From: Dehalococcoidia bacterium
GTDB lineage: Bacteria; Chloroflexota; Dehalococcoidia; UBA2979
Assembly (NCBI GenBank): GCA_965262725.1
Contig: OZ253555.1
Span: forward strand, 1,344,001 to 1,408,000
Length of the DNA stretch: 64,000 nt
Direction of reading: 5' to 3'
Part shown: positions 9,120-18,974 of the stretch, in pieces
How the letters are laid out: every line of letters starts with the position of its first letter
Numbering within the stretch: position 1 is the stretch's first letter
The notes under the pieces: generated by a model
Databases searched by the model: none
What the model was told of the DNA's origin: nothing
The model's input: the letters and a program-made list of their open reading frames with translations, nothing else
Program-made: the position numbers and the translations under genes

Positions 9120-9989
9120 ATGGGACTCGGCCTCGGGGTGCGGCGCGGTCTCATCGCTCCCTTCGTTCTGGCGCTCGTCCTGCTGCTCGGCGCCTCCTGC
9201 GCGGCGGAAGACGATCCCTCCCCCATGCTGGCGGAGGGCGTGATCGACCGGAGCGCCGAGGCACGACGACCCGTGGACGGGTCGGCGGGGCATTCGGTCG
9301 ACTTCGCCTCCATCAGCGTCGGGGGGAACCACGGCTGCGGGGTGAGGAGCGGCGGCTCCCTCGAGTGCTGGGGTGATGATGAGTTCGGCCAGGCCTCGCC
9401 GCTGCCCGGAACGTTCGTCTCCGTCACCTCTGGCGTCGAACACAGCTGCGGCTTGAGGAGCGACGGCTCGGTCGAGTGCTGGGGCCACGACACGGATGGC
9501 CGCTCCACGCACCCTTCCGCGGCGTTCGCCTCCGCCGGCGGCGCGAAGAGCCCGGCCTGCTGGGTGGAGACCGGCGGCTCCGTCTCCTGCCCGGGCCGCG
9601 GATTCCAGACGTCGCCTCCGCCCGGGACCGTCGGCGACGCCGCCTCGCCTGGGGTGTTCTCCTCCGTCAGCGCCGGGTGGTACCACAGCTGCGGCGTGAC
9701 GAGCGACGGCTCGGTTGCCTGCTGGGGCTATGCCGCGTTCGGCCGGGCCACGCCGCCGCCGGGGACGTTCACCTCCGTCAGCGCCGGGTCGCTCCATACG
9801 TGCGGCGTCAGAACCGACGGCTCCGTCGAGTGCTGGGGCTACAACGCGGATGGTCGCTCCGCGCGTCCGCCGGGGACGTTTTCGTCGGTCAGCGCCGGGG
9901 GTACCCACAGCTGCGGTGTGAGGCGCGACGGCTCCGTCGAGTGCTGGGGCGGGAGCCCGCAGGCGCCAAGCACCGCGCTGGTCCCCTAG
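9120..9989 (+). CDS. RCC1-repeat lipoprotein
   Basis: Lipobox LGASC; five clear plus one degenerate F.SVSAG..HSCG...DGSVECWG repeats. Confidence 0.85.
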   Translation: MGLGLGVRRGLIAPFVLALVLLLGASCAAEDDPSPMLAEGVIDRSAEARRPVDGSAGHSVDFASISVGGNHGCGVRSGGSLECWGDDEFGQASPLPGTFVSVTSGVEHSCGLRSDGSVECWGHDTDGRSTHPSAAFASAGGAKSPACWVETGGSVSCPGRGFQTSPPPGTVGDAASPGVFSSVSAGWYHSCGVTSDGSVACWGYAAFGRATPPPGTFTSVSAGSLHTCGVRTDGSVECWGYNADGRSARPPGTFSSVSAGGTHSCGVRRDGSVECWGGSPQAPSTALVP

Positions 9990-10033
9990 TCCCCCGCGAC
10001 CCCATTCCGCGGCGCCTTCCTGGGCCGCGCCGA

Positions 10034-11461
10034 TCACACGAGCGCGGGCAGCTGTCGATGCCAGGCGGTGCGTTGCTGGTAGGCGTCGGCGACGCGCAGC
10101 ACCGTCGCCTCATCGAACGCGCGCCCGGCGATCTGGAGCGAGAGCGGGAGCCCGGCCGCGCCGGTGCCCATTGGGATGGCGATCGCGGGGAAGCCGATCG
10201 CGTTCCAAAAGCCGGCGAAGATCGGCAATCGTCCGAAGCTGAGATGGTCGAGCCCGGCGAGCGGCGGCGCGCCCACGCCCGCCGTCGGCGTGATGACGGC
10301 GTCGACGCGCTGGAGCATCCCGGCCACCTCGCGGCTCGCCCACGCACGCACGCGCTGCGCCTGAACGTAGTCCGCCGACGAGAGCAGGAGCCCGGCCGCC
10401 AGCACCTTCCCGGTGTGCACGCCGTAGTCGTCCCAGCGCTCGCGGAGCCACGGCAGGTGGTACGCCGACGCCTCCGCGCGAAGCGAGAGCGAGCCGGCTT
10501 GGCGCACGATCTCGTAGTGCGGCAGTTCGACGGGCACGATCTCGGCGCCGGCTCCGGCGAGCTCCTCGATCGCCGCCTCGAAGCGTGCGGCAAGCTCCGT
10601 GTCGACATCGGGCCGGTCGACGCAGTTGGCGCGGTCAACACCGATCCGCAGCCGCGCGAGCGAGCCGCTGGGAGCCGGTAGGTAACCGGGGAGCGGCTCC
10701 TCGGCGGATGCAGGGTCGTCCGCATCCGGCCCGGCGAGCGCCTCGAGCAGGTGCCCGCAGCAGCGCGCCGTCCGCGCGATCGGCCCCACGGTGTCGAGTG
10801 AGAATGCGAGGGGCACGACCCCCGACCGCGGGACGCGGCCGTAGGTCGGCTTCAGCCCGCTGACGCCGCAGAGGGCGGCGGGTATCCGGATCGAGCCGCC
10901 GGTGTCGCTGCCGAGCCCGCCCAGCATGAGGGCCGCCGCCACGCCGGCGCCGGTGCCCGAGCTCGACCCGCCCGCCCAGCGGTCGGTGTCCCATGGGTTC
11001 CGCGCGATCGGAAACGGTTTCCCGGGGTCGGGCATTCCGATCGCGAATTCCATGGTCGAGGTCGTGCCGAGGATCACCGCACCCGCCTCGCGGAGCCGGG
11101 CGACGACGGGGGCGTCGCGCCGGCCCTCCCACTCGGCGCCGCGCTCGCGCTCGAAGACGAGGCTCCCGGCGGCGGTCGGCGCGCCGCCCGTGGCGATGAT
11201 GTCCTTCACGCCGAGCGGGATGCCGTGGAGCGGGCCGCGGTCCCTCCCGGCCTCGAGCTCGGCGTCGGCGCGGCCGGCCTCCTCGAGTGCGCTCTCGTCG
11301 AGCCGGCACTGGTACACGCCGAGCCGCCGGTCGAGGGTCTCGGCTCGGGCCAGCAAGGACCGGGTCAGGGCGAGCGCCGTCAGCCGGCCGGAGCGGAACG
11401 CCTCGCCGGCCTCCTCGATATCGAGCGGAAGAGACGGAGCGTCATCGTCGGGCGCGCTCAT
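10034..11461 (-). CDS. Amidase-signature family enzyme (GatA/AtzE-like)
   Basis: GPLHGIPLGVKD, GGSSSG, GSDTGGSIRIPA. Confidence 0.93.
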   Translation of the reverse strand: MSAPDDDAPSLPLDIEEAGEAFRSGRLTALALTRSLLARAETLDRRLGVYQCRLDESALEEAGRADAELEAGRDRGPLHGIPLGVKDIIATGGAPTAAGSLVFERERGAEWEGRRDAPVVARLREAGAVILGTTSTMEFAIGMPDPGKPFPIARNPWDTDRWAGGSSSGTGAGVAAALMLGGLGSDTGGSIRIPAALCGVSGLKPTYGRVPRSGVVPLAFSLDTVGPIARTARCCGHLLEALAGPDADDPASAEEPLPGYLPAPSGSLARLRIGVDRANCVDRPDVDTELAARFEAAIEELAGAGAEIVPVELPHYEIVRQAGSLSLRAEASAYHLPWLRERWDDYGVHTGKVLAAGLLLSSADYVQAQRVRAWASREVAGMLQRVDAVITPTAGVGAPPLAGLDHLSFGRLPIFAGFWNAIGFPAIAIPMGTGAAGLPLSLQIAGRAFDEATVLRVADAYQQRTAWHRQLPALV

Positions 11462-11676
11462 GAGATGGCTCCCCCGCCGCCCGGGCGCGAAGGAAGGGGA
11501 GAGTACCGGAGGGCCGGCTCCTCGGCGCGCGCTTCCGGGATGTCGAGTGCATCGGCGGCGGCCCGGAGCTGCCCATACATCTCGACGAGTGCGTCGACGT
11601 CGGCGTCGGGCAGGCGCAGGCCCGCTGCCGCCAGCATCGTGGTGACTTCCTCCCGCCTCCGCGCGGGCTCGGCCAT
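11458..11676 (-). CDS. Small amidase partner protein (GatC/AtzG-like)
   Basis: 72 aa, ATGA overlap with the amidase start, AAGLRL...EPAL pattern. Confidence 0.65.
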   Translation of the reverse strand: MAEPARRREEVTTMLAAAGLRLPDADVDALVEMYGQLRAAADALDIPEARAEEPALRYSPLPSRPGGGGAIS

Positions 11677-11730
11677 GGTGCCGCTCCGATCCCCCCTCAG
11701 GGCGCGTCGCCACTCCGCCGCTGGCGGTTG

Positions 11731-12174
11731 CTAGTCATCGCCGGTCGCCGGCGGGGGCGGCGGAAAGGGCTCGCCTTCGGCGAGAGGCACGAAAAGCGTC
11801 AGCCGCCAGCCGTCGCCGACGCCGCGCGTGAGGTGCCCCGGGCTCCCCGGCTCGACGTCCTCGGCCAAGAGCACCGCCCCGGGCCCGAACCGCCGAACCT
11901 CCCCGTCCGAGGCGGTCACCTCCGACGTACCGGCGAGGGAGACCACGAGCTGCCGCTGCGGCGGGTGGTGCCACCCGCGGTCCATGTCGCCCGGCGTCCG
12001 GCGGAAGATGACGCCGTCGGCCTGAAGCAGCCCCGATCGCGCGCGAGCCGCGGCGTCGGCCACCACGGGAACCGGTACCGTCTCGAAGTGGGTCTCGCCG
12101 TCGTTTCCGGTGAAGATGCGCGTCACCTCGAAGGGCGCGGCATCGCCGCCGCCGTGATCCGCGTCGCCTGCCAC
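11731..12174 (-). CDS. Cupin-like hypothetical protein
   Basis: RIFTGNDGETHF, WHHPPQRQLVV.L.G, DGEVRRFGPG.VLLAED..GH. Confidence 0.75.
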   Translation of the reverse strand: MAGDADHGGGDAAPFEVTRIFTGNDGETHFETVPVPVVADAAARARSGLLQADGVIFRRTPGDMDRGWHHPPQRQLVVSLAGTSEVTASDGEVRRFGPGAVLLAEDVEPGSPGHLTRGVGDGWRLTLFVPLAEGEPFPPPPPATGDD

Positions 12175-12281
12175 GGGCGCCCTCTCGTCTCCGCGGCGGA
12201 GGATACGCGAGCGCGGGAGGCGGTGTCGCCGCACGCCCGCGTGCGGAGGAGGCGGCCCATCGCGCCGGCGCGAAGACCCGT

Positions 12282-13340
12282 CTACGGAATCTGATGCGGG
12301 AGCGCGACTCCGGCCCCCTCGGCCGCCTCCTCGAGCTGCGCCCAGGTCCCGTCGTCGAGCGGGAGGCCCGCAGCGCGCTCGAGGCGCGCCCGGCGCTCCG
12401 GGTCGCCGGGCAGGAGTACCTCGCCGACCCCCTCCCGGAAGGGTGGTCTCCGCACGTGCCGCGCGAGGTTGCCGAGCGCCGCCTCGAACGCCGCCCGTCC
12501 GACAAACCGCTCCGGGTCAATCGCCATCACGAAGAGCGCGTTCCCGCCGCGCTCGGCGTCGGGACGCGTCGTACCGGCAGGGGAGAGCGCGCCGGCCAGA
12601 GCCTCGACAACCAGGGCCAGCCCGAAGCCCTTGTGTCCCGCCTCGCCGCCGAGTGGAAGCAGCGCGCCCGGCGGAGAGGCGTACAGGGCGCCGGCATCGG
12701 TGGTCGGCTGACCCGCCGCATCGAGCAGGTAGCCCTCCGGCAGCGCTCGTCCCGCGTTGCGCGCGACGCGGACCTTCCCCTCCGCGACCACGGAGGTCGC
12801 CATGTCGAGCACGATCGGCGCGTCCGGATCGTCGGTCGGGAGGCCGAACGCCATCGGGTCGGTCGCCAGCCGCGCGGTGGCTCCGCCGAACGGCGCGACG
12901 CGCGCCGAGCCGCCGTGGCTGTTCGCCATCATGACGCCGAGAAGCCCGTGCGCTGCCGCCCGCTCGACGTAGGCGCCGAGCCTTCCCGCGTGCGCCGCGC
13001 GGTGGGCGACCACGATCGAGACGCCGCTCCCGATCGCCCGCTCGCAGGCGATCTCCATCGCGCGGCCGGCGACGATCTGGCCGAAGTTCCAGCCGCCGTC
13101 CAGGATCGCCGTCGCGCCGTCGTCGTGTTCCAGGCGGATCTCGGCGCCCGGGATGGTGCGACCCTCGGCGACGGCGCGCAGGTATGCCGGTGCGCGGACG
13201 ACGCCGTGCGAGTCGTGCCCGCAGAGGTTGGCGTCGACGAGATGTTCAGCGACGGTCCCGGCGTCGTCCGCCGTCGCGCCGGCCGCGACGAAGAGCGAGG
13301 TCGCGAAGCCCTCGAGTGCCGCCGGCTCCACCGTGCGCAC
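12282..13340 (-). CDS. Ldh_2 family oxidoreductase (malate/L-lactate/sulfolactate dehydrogenase type)
   Basis: GHDSHG, HAGRLG, LDMATS, GHKGFGL. Confidence 0.9.
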   Translation of the reverse strand: MRTVEPAALEGFATSLFVAAGATADDAGTVAEHLVDANLCGHDSHGVVRAPAYLRAVAEGRTIPGAEIRLEHDDGATAILDGGWNFGQIVAGRAMEIACERAIGSGVSIVVAHRAAHAGRLGAYVERAAAHGLLGVMMANSHGGSARVAPFGGATARLATDPMAFGLPTDDPDAPIVLDMATSVVAEGKVRVARNAGRALPEGYLLDAAGQPTTDAGALYASPPGALLPLGGEAGHKGFGLALVVEALAGALSPAGTTRPDAERGGNALFVMAIDPERFVGRAAFEAALGNLARHVRRPPFREGVGEVLLPGDPERRARLERAAGLPLDDGTWAQLEEAAEGAGVALPHQIP

Positions 13341-13344
13341 CGAG

Positions 13345-14145
13345 CTAGCCTCCCGCGCCCGCGTCGTCCGGACCGCGCCCCTCCCCCTCGGGCGCAGCGG
13401 AACGCGCCGCCGCCCGGACGGCGGCGACATCCGCCTCGGCCCGGGCGCGCATGAAGCCGCGGTCGGAGCCGAGCGTGACCATCTGGAAGCCCTGGCTCAG
13501 GTACTCGGAGCAGCGCGGGGCGCTGTTGGTGTGTATGCCGCTCGCGACGCCGTGGCGGCTCGCCGCGGCGCGCACGTGCTCTATCGCCCCGGCGAGCCGG
13601 GGGTCGTCGCTCCCCGGCCGCAGGCCGAGACCGTAGGCGAGATCGGAGGGGCCGATGTAGACCGCGTCGACGCCCGGCGTCGAGAGGATGGCGTCGAGGT
13701 TGGCGAGCGCCTCCGCCGTCTCGACCATGACGATGCAGGCGACCTCGTCGTTGGCGCGGCGCGAGTAGTCGCGGCCCCACGCGAGTTCGGCGCGGTAGGC
13801 GCCGGAGGAGCGGATGCCCGCCGGCGGATAGCGGCACGCGGCGACCGCCCGCTCCGCCTGCTCGCGGTCGTTCACGAGCGGGACGACGACGCCCGCGGCG
13901 CCCGAGTCCAGCCACCGCATGATCGTCGGTGCGTCGTTCCAGGGCACGCGGACCAGCGGCACGGTCGAGGTCGTTCCGATCGCCTGGAGCATCGCCGTCG
14001 CCTGCCCCTGATCGATCGGGCCGTGCTGGAGGTCGAGGCAGAGCCAGTCGAAGCCGGCGTGCGCCATCACCTCCGCCGAGAAGGAGGAACCGATGGAGAG
14101 CCAGCCCCCCACGGTGGCCTCTCCGCGGCGCCAGCGCGCGAGCAC
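13345..14145 (-). CDS. HpcH/HpaI aldolase family protein
   Basis: GFDWLCLDLQHG, VRVPWN, MVET, YIGPSDL; start uncertain. Confidence 0.9.
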   Translation of the reverse strand: MLARWRRGEATVGGWLSIGSSFSAEVMAHAGFDWLCLDLQHGPIDQGQATAMLQAIGTTSTVPLVRVPWNDAPTIMRWLDSGAAGVVVPLVNDREQAERAVAACRYPPAGIRSSGAYRAELAWGRDYSRRANDEVACIVMVETAEALANLDAILSTPGVDAVYIGPSDLAYGLGLRPGSDDPRLAGAIEHVRAAASRHGVASGIHTNSAPRCSEYLSQGFQMVTLGSDRGFMRARAEADVAAVRAAARSAAPEGEGRGPDDAGAGG

Positions 14146-14209
14146 GGCGTTGCCCCGCGCGGCCGGCGGGATCGCCGCCTCCTCGCCCGACCTCCGGCGC
14201 GGCTGGCCG

Positions 14210-15175
14210 CTACTCCGGGAGGTCGACGTTGGAGAGCGCGAGCCGCGCGGCGCCGTTGCAGAGACCGTCGCGCTCCTCCTCCGTGAAGGTCACGCCGTAC
14301 TTCGCGCCCCACTCCGGGAGGTTCTTCGCGATATCGACCCAGCGTTCGGTGAGCCGCCGCGAGCCGCTCCCGACCATCGGGAGATCGGTCCCCCAGACGA
14401 CGCGCTCGTGCCCCATCGTGTCGAAGAAGACGCGCAGCACCTTCATCAGCTGCGGGAGGTTCTCGTCCTTCACGGCGCCGAGCACCTGCCAGTCGCAGAT
14501 GTCGAGCCAGACGTTGCGCTTCCCGCGTGCCGCCATCAGGCCGCGCCAGTACGCCTGCGTCTCGAAGGGGAACTGCAGGTTGACGTGCCCCATGAAGATG
14601 CGGAGGTCGGGGTAGCGGCGGGCGACGAGCTCCACCCACTCCGGCCACGCCCAGATGTTCCCGCCGGTGTGGATGAGCACGGGGACGTCGAGCTCGATCG
14701 CCTTCTCGTACATGGGGAAGCAGCGCTCGTCGTTGGCCTGGTAGCCGTTCGGGGGGTAGACCTTGAGGCCGACCGCCCCGTGGTTCTTCACCATGTCCTC
14801 GAAGATGGCAACCGCCCGGGGACGGCGCGGATCGACGCCGGCGAACCAGCTCAGGCGCCCGGCATAGCGCTCGGCCACCTCGGCCGTCTTACGGTGGAAC
14901 TCCTCGACGTTGACCTGGTTGTCCTCGTTGGGGCCGTACGCCAGCCCCCAGTCGAGGCAGAGGATGTTCGCGAAGTCGATGCCGTAGTGATCCATCTCCT
15001 GGATAGCGTAGGCCCCGGTCCCGTCCATGACCGGCGACTGCTGGACGCGGGGAGCCATCTCCTCCCAGGTCCGCCCGGTCCGGCGCATCGCCGCTCCGTT
15101 CAGATTCGGCAGGTGGCTCGGCGGGAACCAGCCGAAGTCCCACAGGTGCCGGTGGACGTCGATCAGCGTGACCAT
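14210..15175 (-). CDS. Amidohydrolase_2 family protein
   Basis: IDVHRH, GLKVYP, LIHTG, MGH, WGTDLP. Confidence 0.85.
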   Translation of the reverse strand: MVTLIDVHRHLWDFGWFPPSHLPNLNGAAMRRTGRTWEEMAPRVQQSPVMDGTGAYAIQEMDHYGIDFANILCLDWGLAYGPNEDNQVNVEEFHRKTAEVAERYAGRLSWFAGVDPRRPRAVAIFEDMVKNHGAVGLKVYPPNGYQANDERCFPMYEKAIELDVPVLIHTGGNIWAWPEWVELVARRYPDLRIFMGHVNLQFPFETQAYWRGLMAARGKRNVWLDICDWQVLGAVKDENLPQLMKVLRVFFDTMGHERVVWGTDLPMVGSGSRRLTERWVDIAKNLPEWGAKYGVTFTEEERDGLCNGAARLALSNVDLPE

Positions 15176-15336
15176 TGCGCGCTCCTCCCGTGGGCCGTGC
15201 GCCTCTGTCCGCCGCGACGACATCGTCGCGGGGAGCCGCAGCCACGCGCTGCTTATCCCTCGCGCGGGGCCCGGCGGTCAAGCGGGACGGCCGGTCGCGG
15301 CCGGTCGCGGCGCCGTCGCCGCACCGCTCCCGCCGG

Positions 15337-16164
15337 TCAGGCTCCGCGGGTACGAGCGAGGGAGGCGACGCTCGAGGCGCCGAAGCGACCCACGGTGTCG
15401 GCGAGGGCGCAGGAGGCGAAGGCGACGCCCGCCTCGCTCGAGCGGGCCACGGCCTCGGCGAGCATCCACGCCCCGCGCGGGAGTCGGTGGAGCGTGAGCG
15501 AGATGTCGGCGTTGACGAACTCGAGCCCCGCCTCCCCCTCGTTTCCCTGCGGGTTCGCGAAGTCCGCTGCCGCCGCCGCCCTCACGAAGCGGCTCGCGGG
15601 CAGGCCGGCCGCGAGCGGGCTCCTCAGCCGGATCCACACCGTGGCCGGGAGCCTGCCACCGCGCGGACGGACAGTGCGGCGCTCCCACGGATCGGGATGC
15701 GCCCGCCCCGGGAGCGGCGGATCCCTCTCGAAAGAGGCGGGGCCGGGCAGGCTGCTCTCCTGCGGCTGCGCGACATCGCCCGGGGGCTCCGCCGACGGCC
15801 TGAGCCAGAGTGAGCGGGCGCGGGCGACGAGGCGTCCGCCTGCGGACATCGCCGCGTCCACCGCCGCGAGCCGCCGCCCGGTCCGCGGTAGCGACGTGAC
15901 GAGCGTGAGCGGTGCCCTCGGCACCGGTCGGATCAGGTCGACGGTGAGCCGTGCCGGGAGCAGTGGCGCCGCGCCGTCGGGGACGGGGAGTCTCGCCGCC
16001 TCCACTTCGACGGTGTGCGCGAGCAGCCCCGCGAGCATCGCGCCGCCGACGAGTCCGTCACCCCACGGGCTGGTCGAGGTCTCGGTCGGGAGGTAGCGCG
16101 GGCCGTCCCGCTCGAAGAGGGGCGGGGGCTCTCCGCGCGCGAGCGTCGCCTCGGTTCCCGACAT
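15337..16164 (-). CDS. Acyl-CoA thioesterase-like (double hotdog) protein
   Basis: SPWG..GGA, ARLTVDLIRPVP, AAADF, FVNADISL.LHRLP. Confidence 0.8.
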   Translation of the reverse strand: MSGTEATLARGEPPPLFERDGPRYLPTETSTSPWGDGLVGGAMLAGLLAHTVEVEAARLPVPDGAAPLLPARLTVDLIRPVPRAPLTLVTSLPRTGRRLAAVDAAMSAGGRLVARARSLWLRPSAEPPGDVAQPQESSLPGPASFERDPPLPGRAHPDPWERRTVRPRGGRLPATVWIRLRSPLAAGLPASRFVRAAAAADFANPQGNEGEAGLEFVNADISLTLHRLPRGAWMLAEAVARSSEAGVAFASCALADTVGRFGASSVASLARTRGA

Positions 16165-16274
16165 CGCCCGACCTGTACCGCGAGCACCCCGCCGAACGCA
16201 ACACGGCGGCCGGTCGGATTCCCGAAGGACCGATCGGCCGCCGTGGCCTCCGCCGGAGGCGGAGCGTGCTCGCG

Positions 16275-17957
16275 CTAGACCGGCACGACGCTGTCGAAGG
16301 CGATCGTCGGGTTGCGGCGAGGCGCGTAGACGATCTTGTCCTCGTACCACCCCATCAGCCGCACGTTCTCGAGCACCCACGCCGCGGGCGGGTCGATGTT
16401 CATCGCCACGGTCGCGTCGTGGTAGGCGCTTCTCCTCGCCTCGTCGTCGAACGCCAGGAGCGCAGCGTTGTAGGCAGCCTCGAAGTCCGCGTTGTCGTAG
16501 AACTTGCCGCGGTTCTCCTTGGTGTACCACTGCATCGCGAAGGACGCCTCGTAGGCGAAGGCCGACCACGGGCTCCAGTGGAACGTCGCCCGCTCCTTGT
16601 TGCCGTAGAGGCCGTCGCGCCAGACGTTGGTCTCGACCGGGACGTTATCGGTATTGATCCCGATGGAGTTCATGTCGCCGATGAACGCCTCGGAGAAGGC
16701 CTTCTGCTCGGAGTCGTTCTGGCGGAACTCGACCTTGCCGTCGAAGCCGTTCGGGAACCCGGCATCAGTCAGGAGCTGGCGCGCCTTGTCCGGGTCGTAG
16801 CCATACGGGTCGAGGCTCGGGTTGTGGCCGAAGGTCGCCACCGAGAGCAGCTGCCCGCGCATCGGCCGCGAGAAGCCGAGGAAGATGACGTCGACCTGGG
16901 CCTCCACGTCGATCGCGTGGTTGACGGCGAGTCGCACGCGCGGGTCGGCCGTGGGGCCGTCGAAGTAGCGGATGTCCCACCCCTGCTGGCTGTCGGACTG
17001 CGGGTTGCCGACCTGCGCGCCGAAGCCGCGAACGCGTTCGGTGTCCTGGATGCTCGGGGAGTCCGCCCAGTCGACGTCATTGGTCTCGAGCGCTGCGGTC
17101 CGCGTCGTCCGCTCGCCGATCGCGAAGTCAGTCACCGAGGTGATCCCGCGGTTGCCGAACCACGAGGACGGGCTCGCGACCATCTCGATCTTCGAGTCGC
17201 GGACCCACTCCGCAATGGTGTACGCCCCGGTACCGACGGGCGTCTCCGCCTGGAAGTCCCGCCCCTTGCTCGGGTCCTCGAAGATGTGGCGCGGCTTGAT
17301 GAGGACGAACGTGGAGCGCCGCGGCAGGATCGGGTCGCCCGTGCCGGCCGTTGCGATCGCAATCGTCTGGTCGTCGACGACCTGCGCGGCTTCGTAGGTG
17401 CCGACGCGCGAGATCAGACGCGACTCGTTCGCCGGGTCCTTGTAGTAGTCGTGGCTGAACTTGACGTCGTTCGCGGTGAACTTCGTCCCGTCAGACCACT
17501 CCGCCTCCTGGAGGTTGAAGACCCACGCGCCGGAGGGGGCGTGGTACTCCCACGACTTGGCGAGGTGCGGGATCACGTCCGCTTCGGGCGTGAGGCGCGT
17601 CATCGTGTCGAAGGTCGCCCAGAAGTTGAAGGAGGTCGCGGCCGTGGAGTCCGGGTCCAGGTTCGGCGGGTGGCCGCCGCTGGCGATGTTCAGGTGCGCC
17701 GTCTTGGCCGGAGCCGGAGTGGCTGCCGGGGCGGCGGCGGCCGTGGCGGCTGGGGCGGCCGTGGCAGCCGAGGCGGCGGCGGTGGCGGCCGGGGCGGCGG
17801 TGGCCGCCGGGGCGGCGGTGGTCGGTGCGTCGTCGTCGTCGTCGTCGCAGCCGATCACGGCGGCTGTGGCGAGCCCCACGCCCCCGAGCACGCCGCCCCG
17901 GATCAGGGTCCGCCGGCCGATCCTCTGCCCGAGCATTGTCCGCACAGCGTGATCCAT
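16275..17957 (-). CDS. ABC transporter substrate-binding protein, family 5 (Tat lipoprotein)
   Basis: RRTLIRGG Tat-like signal, lipobox VIGC, poly-Asp and A/P/T linker, WSDGTKFTANDV, PVGTGAY, DPRVRLAVNHAID. Confidence 0.9.
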   Translation of the reverse strand: MDHAVRTMLGQRIGRRTLIRGGVLGGVGLATAAVIGCDDDDDDAPTTAAPAATAAPAATAAASAATAAPAATAAAAPAATPAPAKTAHLNIASGGHPPNLDPDSTAATSFNFWATFDTMTRLTPEADVIPHLAKSWEYHAPSGAWVFNLQEAEWSDGTKFTANDVKFSHDYYKDPANESRLISRVGTYEAAQVVDDQTIAIATAGTGDPILPRRSTFVLIKPRHIFEDPSKGRDFQAETPVGTGAYTIAEWVRDSKIEMVASPSSWFGNRGITSVTDFAIGERTTRTAALETNDVDWADSPSIQDTERVRGFGAQVGNPQSDSQQGWDIRYFDGPTADPRVRLAVNHAIDVEAQVDVIFLGFSRPMRGQLLSVATFGHNPSLDPYGYDPDKARQLLTDAGFPNGFDGKVEFRQNDSEQKAFSEAFIGDMNSIGINTDNVPVETNVWRDGLYGNKERATFHWSPWSAFAYEASFAMQWYTKENRGKFYDNADFEAAYNAALLAFDDEARRSAYHDATVAMNIDPPAAWVLENVRLMGWYEDKIVYAPRRNPTIAFDSVVPV

Positions 17958-18072
17958 GGTGGAATTCCTCTCTACCGCGGAGCATCCCCTAACGGTGCTT
18001 CGCGGTCGGCGGACGATACCACTCCCGTTGTGCCCCTGCACCCCGGACGCCGCCGGGCCACGCGGACGTCTC

Positions 18073-18112
18073 CCGACTTCCTGACTTCCTGACTCCCTGA
18101 CTCCCCGACCCT
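18073..18112 (+). repeat. Imperfect 8-bp tandem repeat x5 (CYGACTYC) in a divergent intergenic region
   Basis: ccgacttc ctgacttc ctgactcc ctgactcc ccgaccct. Confidence 0.75.
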
Positions 18113-18170
18113 CCGGCGCTCCACCCGTCCATGTAGACTCGCCCCGGTGAGCGGCGCGGGGAGGTGCCCG

Positions 18171-18965
18171 ATGGCGGGACGGTTGGCGGGGCGGCGGGCG
18201 GTCGTGACCGGGGGCGCCTCGGGCATTGGCCTCGCCATCGCCCGGCGTTTCGCCGCCGCGGGAGCGGCGGTGGCCCTCCTCGACATCGACGGGAGCGCCG
18301 CGGACGCGGCCTGCCGCGCTCTCTCGGACGACGGCTGCGACGCACTCTGCCACGTCGGCGACGCGGCGGACGCCCGGGTCGTCGACGCGCTGGCGGAGCG
18401 GCTCGCGGAGGCGGGCGGGGTCAATGTACTCGTCAACGCCGCCGCGCCCTCGACCTCGCTCGACGAGGGCAGCGACTGGGAGACGTGGCGGACCGGCATC
18501 GAGAAGGCGCTCTCCTCGGCCTACCTCGTCAGCAGGCGGCTCCGCCCGCTGCTCATCGCCGACGCGGCCGGGGGGCGTGGCGCCGCGATCGTCAACATCT
18601 CCTCCGGCGCCGCCTTCGGCGCCTCGCGTTTCCCGTGGTACGGGGCGGCGAAGGCGGGACTGCTCTCCCTCACGCGCTCGCTGGCGTGGGAGCTCGGCCC
18701 GGCGGGCGTGCGGGCGAACGCCATCGTGCCGGGCACCATCTGGACGCCCCGCTCGGTGGGGCTCCGGGAGAGCCCCGAGCGGCTCGCGGCGCTCGAGGAC
18801 AGCATCCCGCTCGGGCGCGTCGGCGAAGCGAGTGAGGTGGCCGAGGCCGCTCTCTTCTTCGCCGATCCTCTGAGCTCCGGCTTCGTCTCGGGCGCCGAGC
18901 TGCTCGTCGACGGCGGGCGAAACGTCGCCGGCACGATCCCCGCCGGTGCCGCGCGCGTGCCGTAG
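18171..18965 (+). CDS. Short-chain dehydrogenase/reductase
   Basis: TGGASGIG, VNISS, YGAAK. Confidence 0.93.
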   Translation: MAGRLAGRRAVVTGGASGIGLAIARRFAAAGAAVALLDIDGSAADAACRALSDDGCDALCHVGDAADARVVDALAERLAEAGGVNVLVNAAAPSTSLDEGSDWETWRTGIEKALSSAYLVSRRLRPLLIADAAGGRGAAIVNISSGAAFGASRFPWYGAAKAGLLSLTRSLAWELGPAGVRANAIVPGTIWTPRSVGLRESPERLAALEDSIPLGRVGEASEVAEAALFFADPLSSGFVSGAELLVDGGRNVAGTIPAGAARVP

Positions 18966-18974
18966 CGGGTCCGG

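Noticed and set aside
9300-9950. Regularly spaced DNA repeats resembling a CRISPR array
   Set aside because: They are in-frame RCC1 protein repeats with wobble variation; no cas genes
10034-11676. gatCA of the tRNA amidotransferase
   Set aside because: No gatB, and the context is catabolic
17715-17850. GCC/GTC-rich low-complexity tract
   Set aside because: Encodes the poly-Asp and Ala/Pro/Thr linker of the SBP lipoprotein
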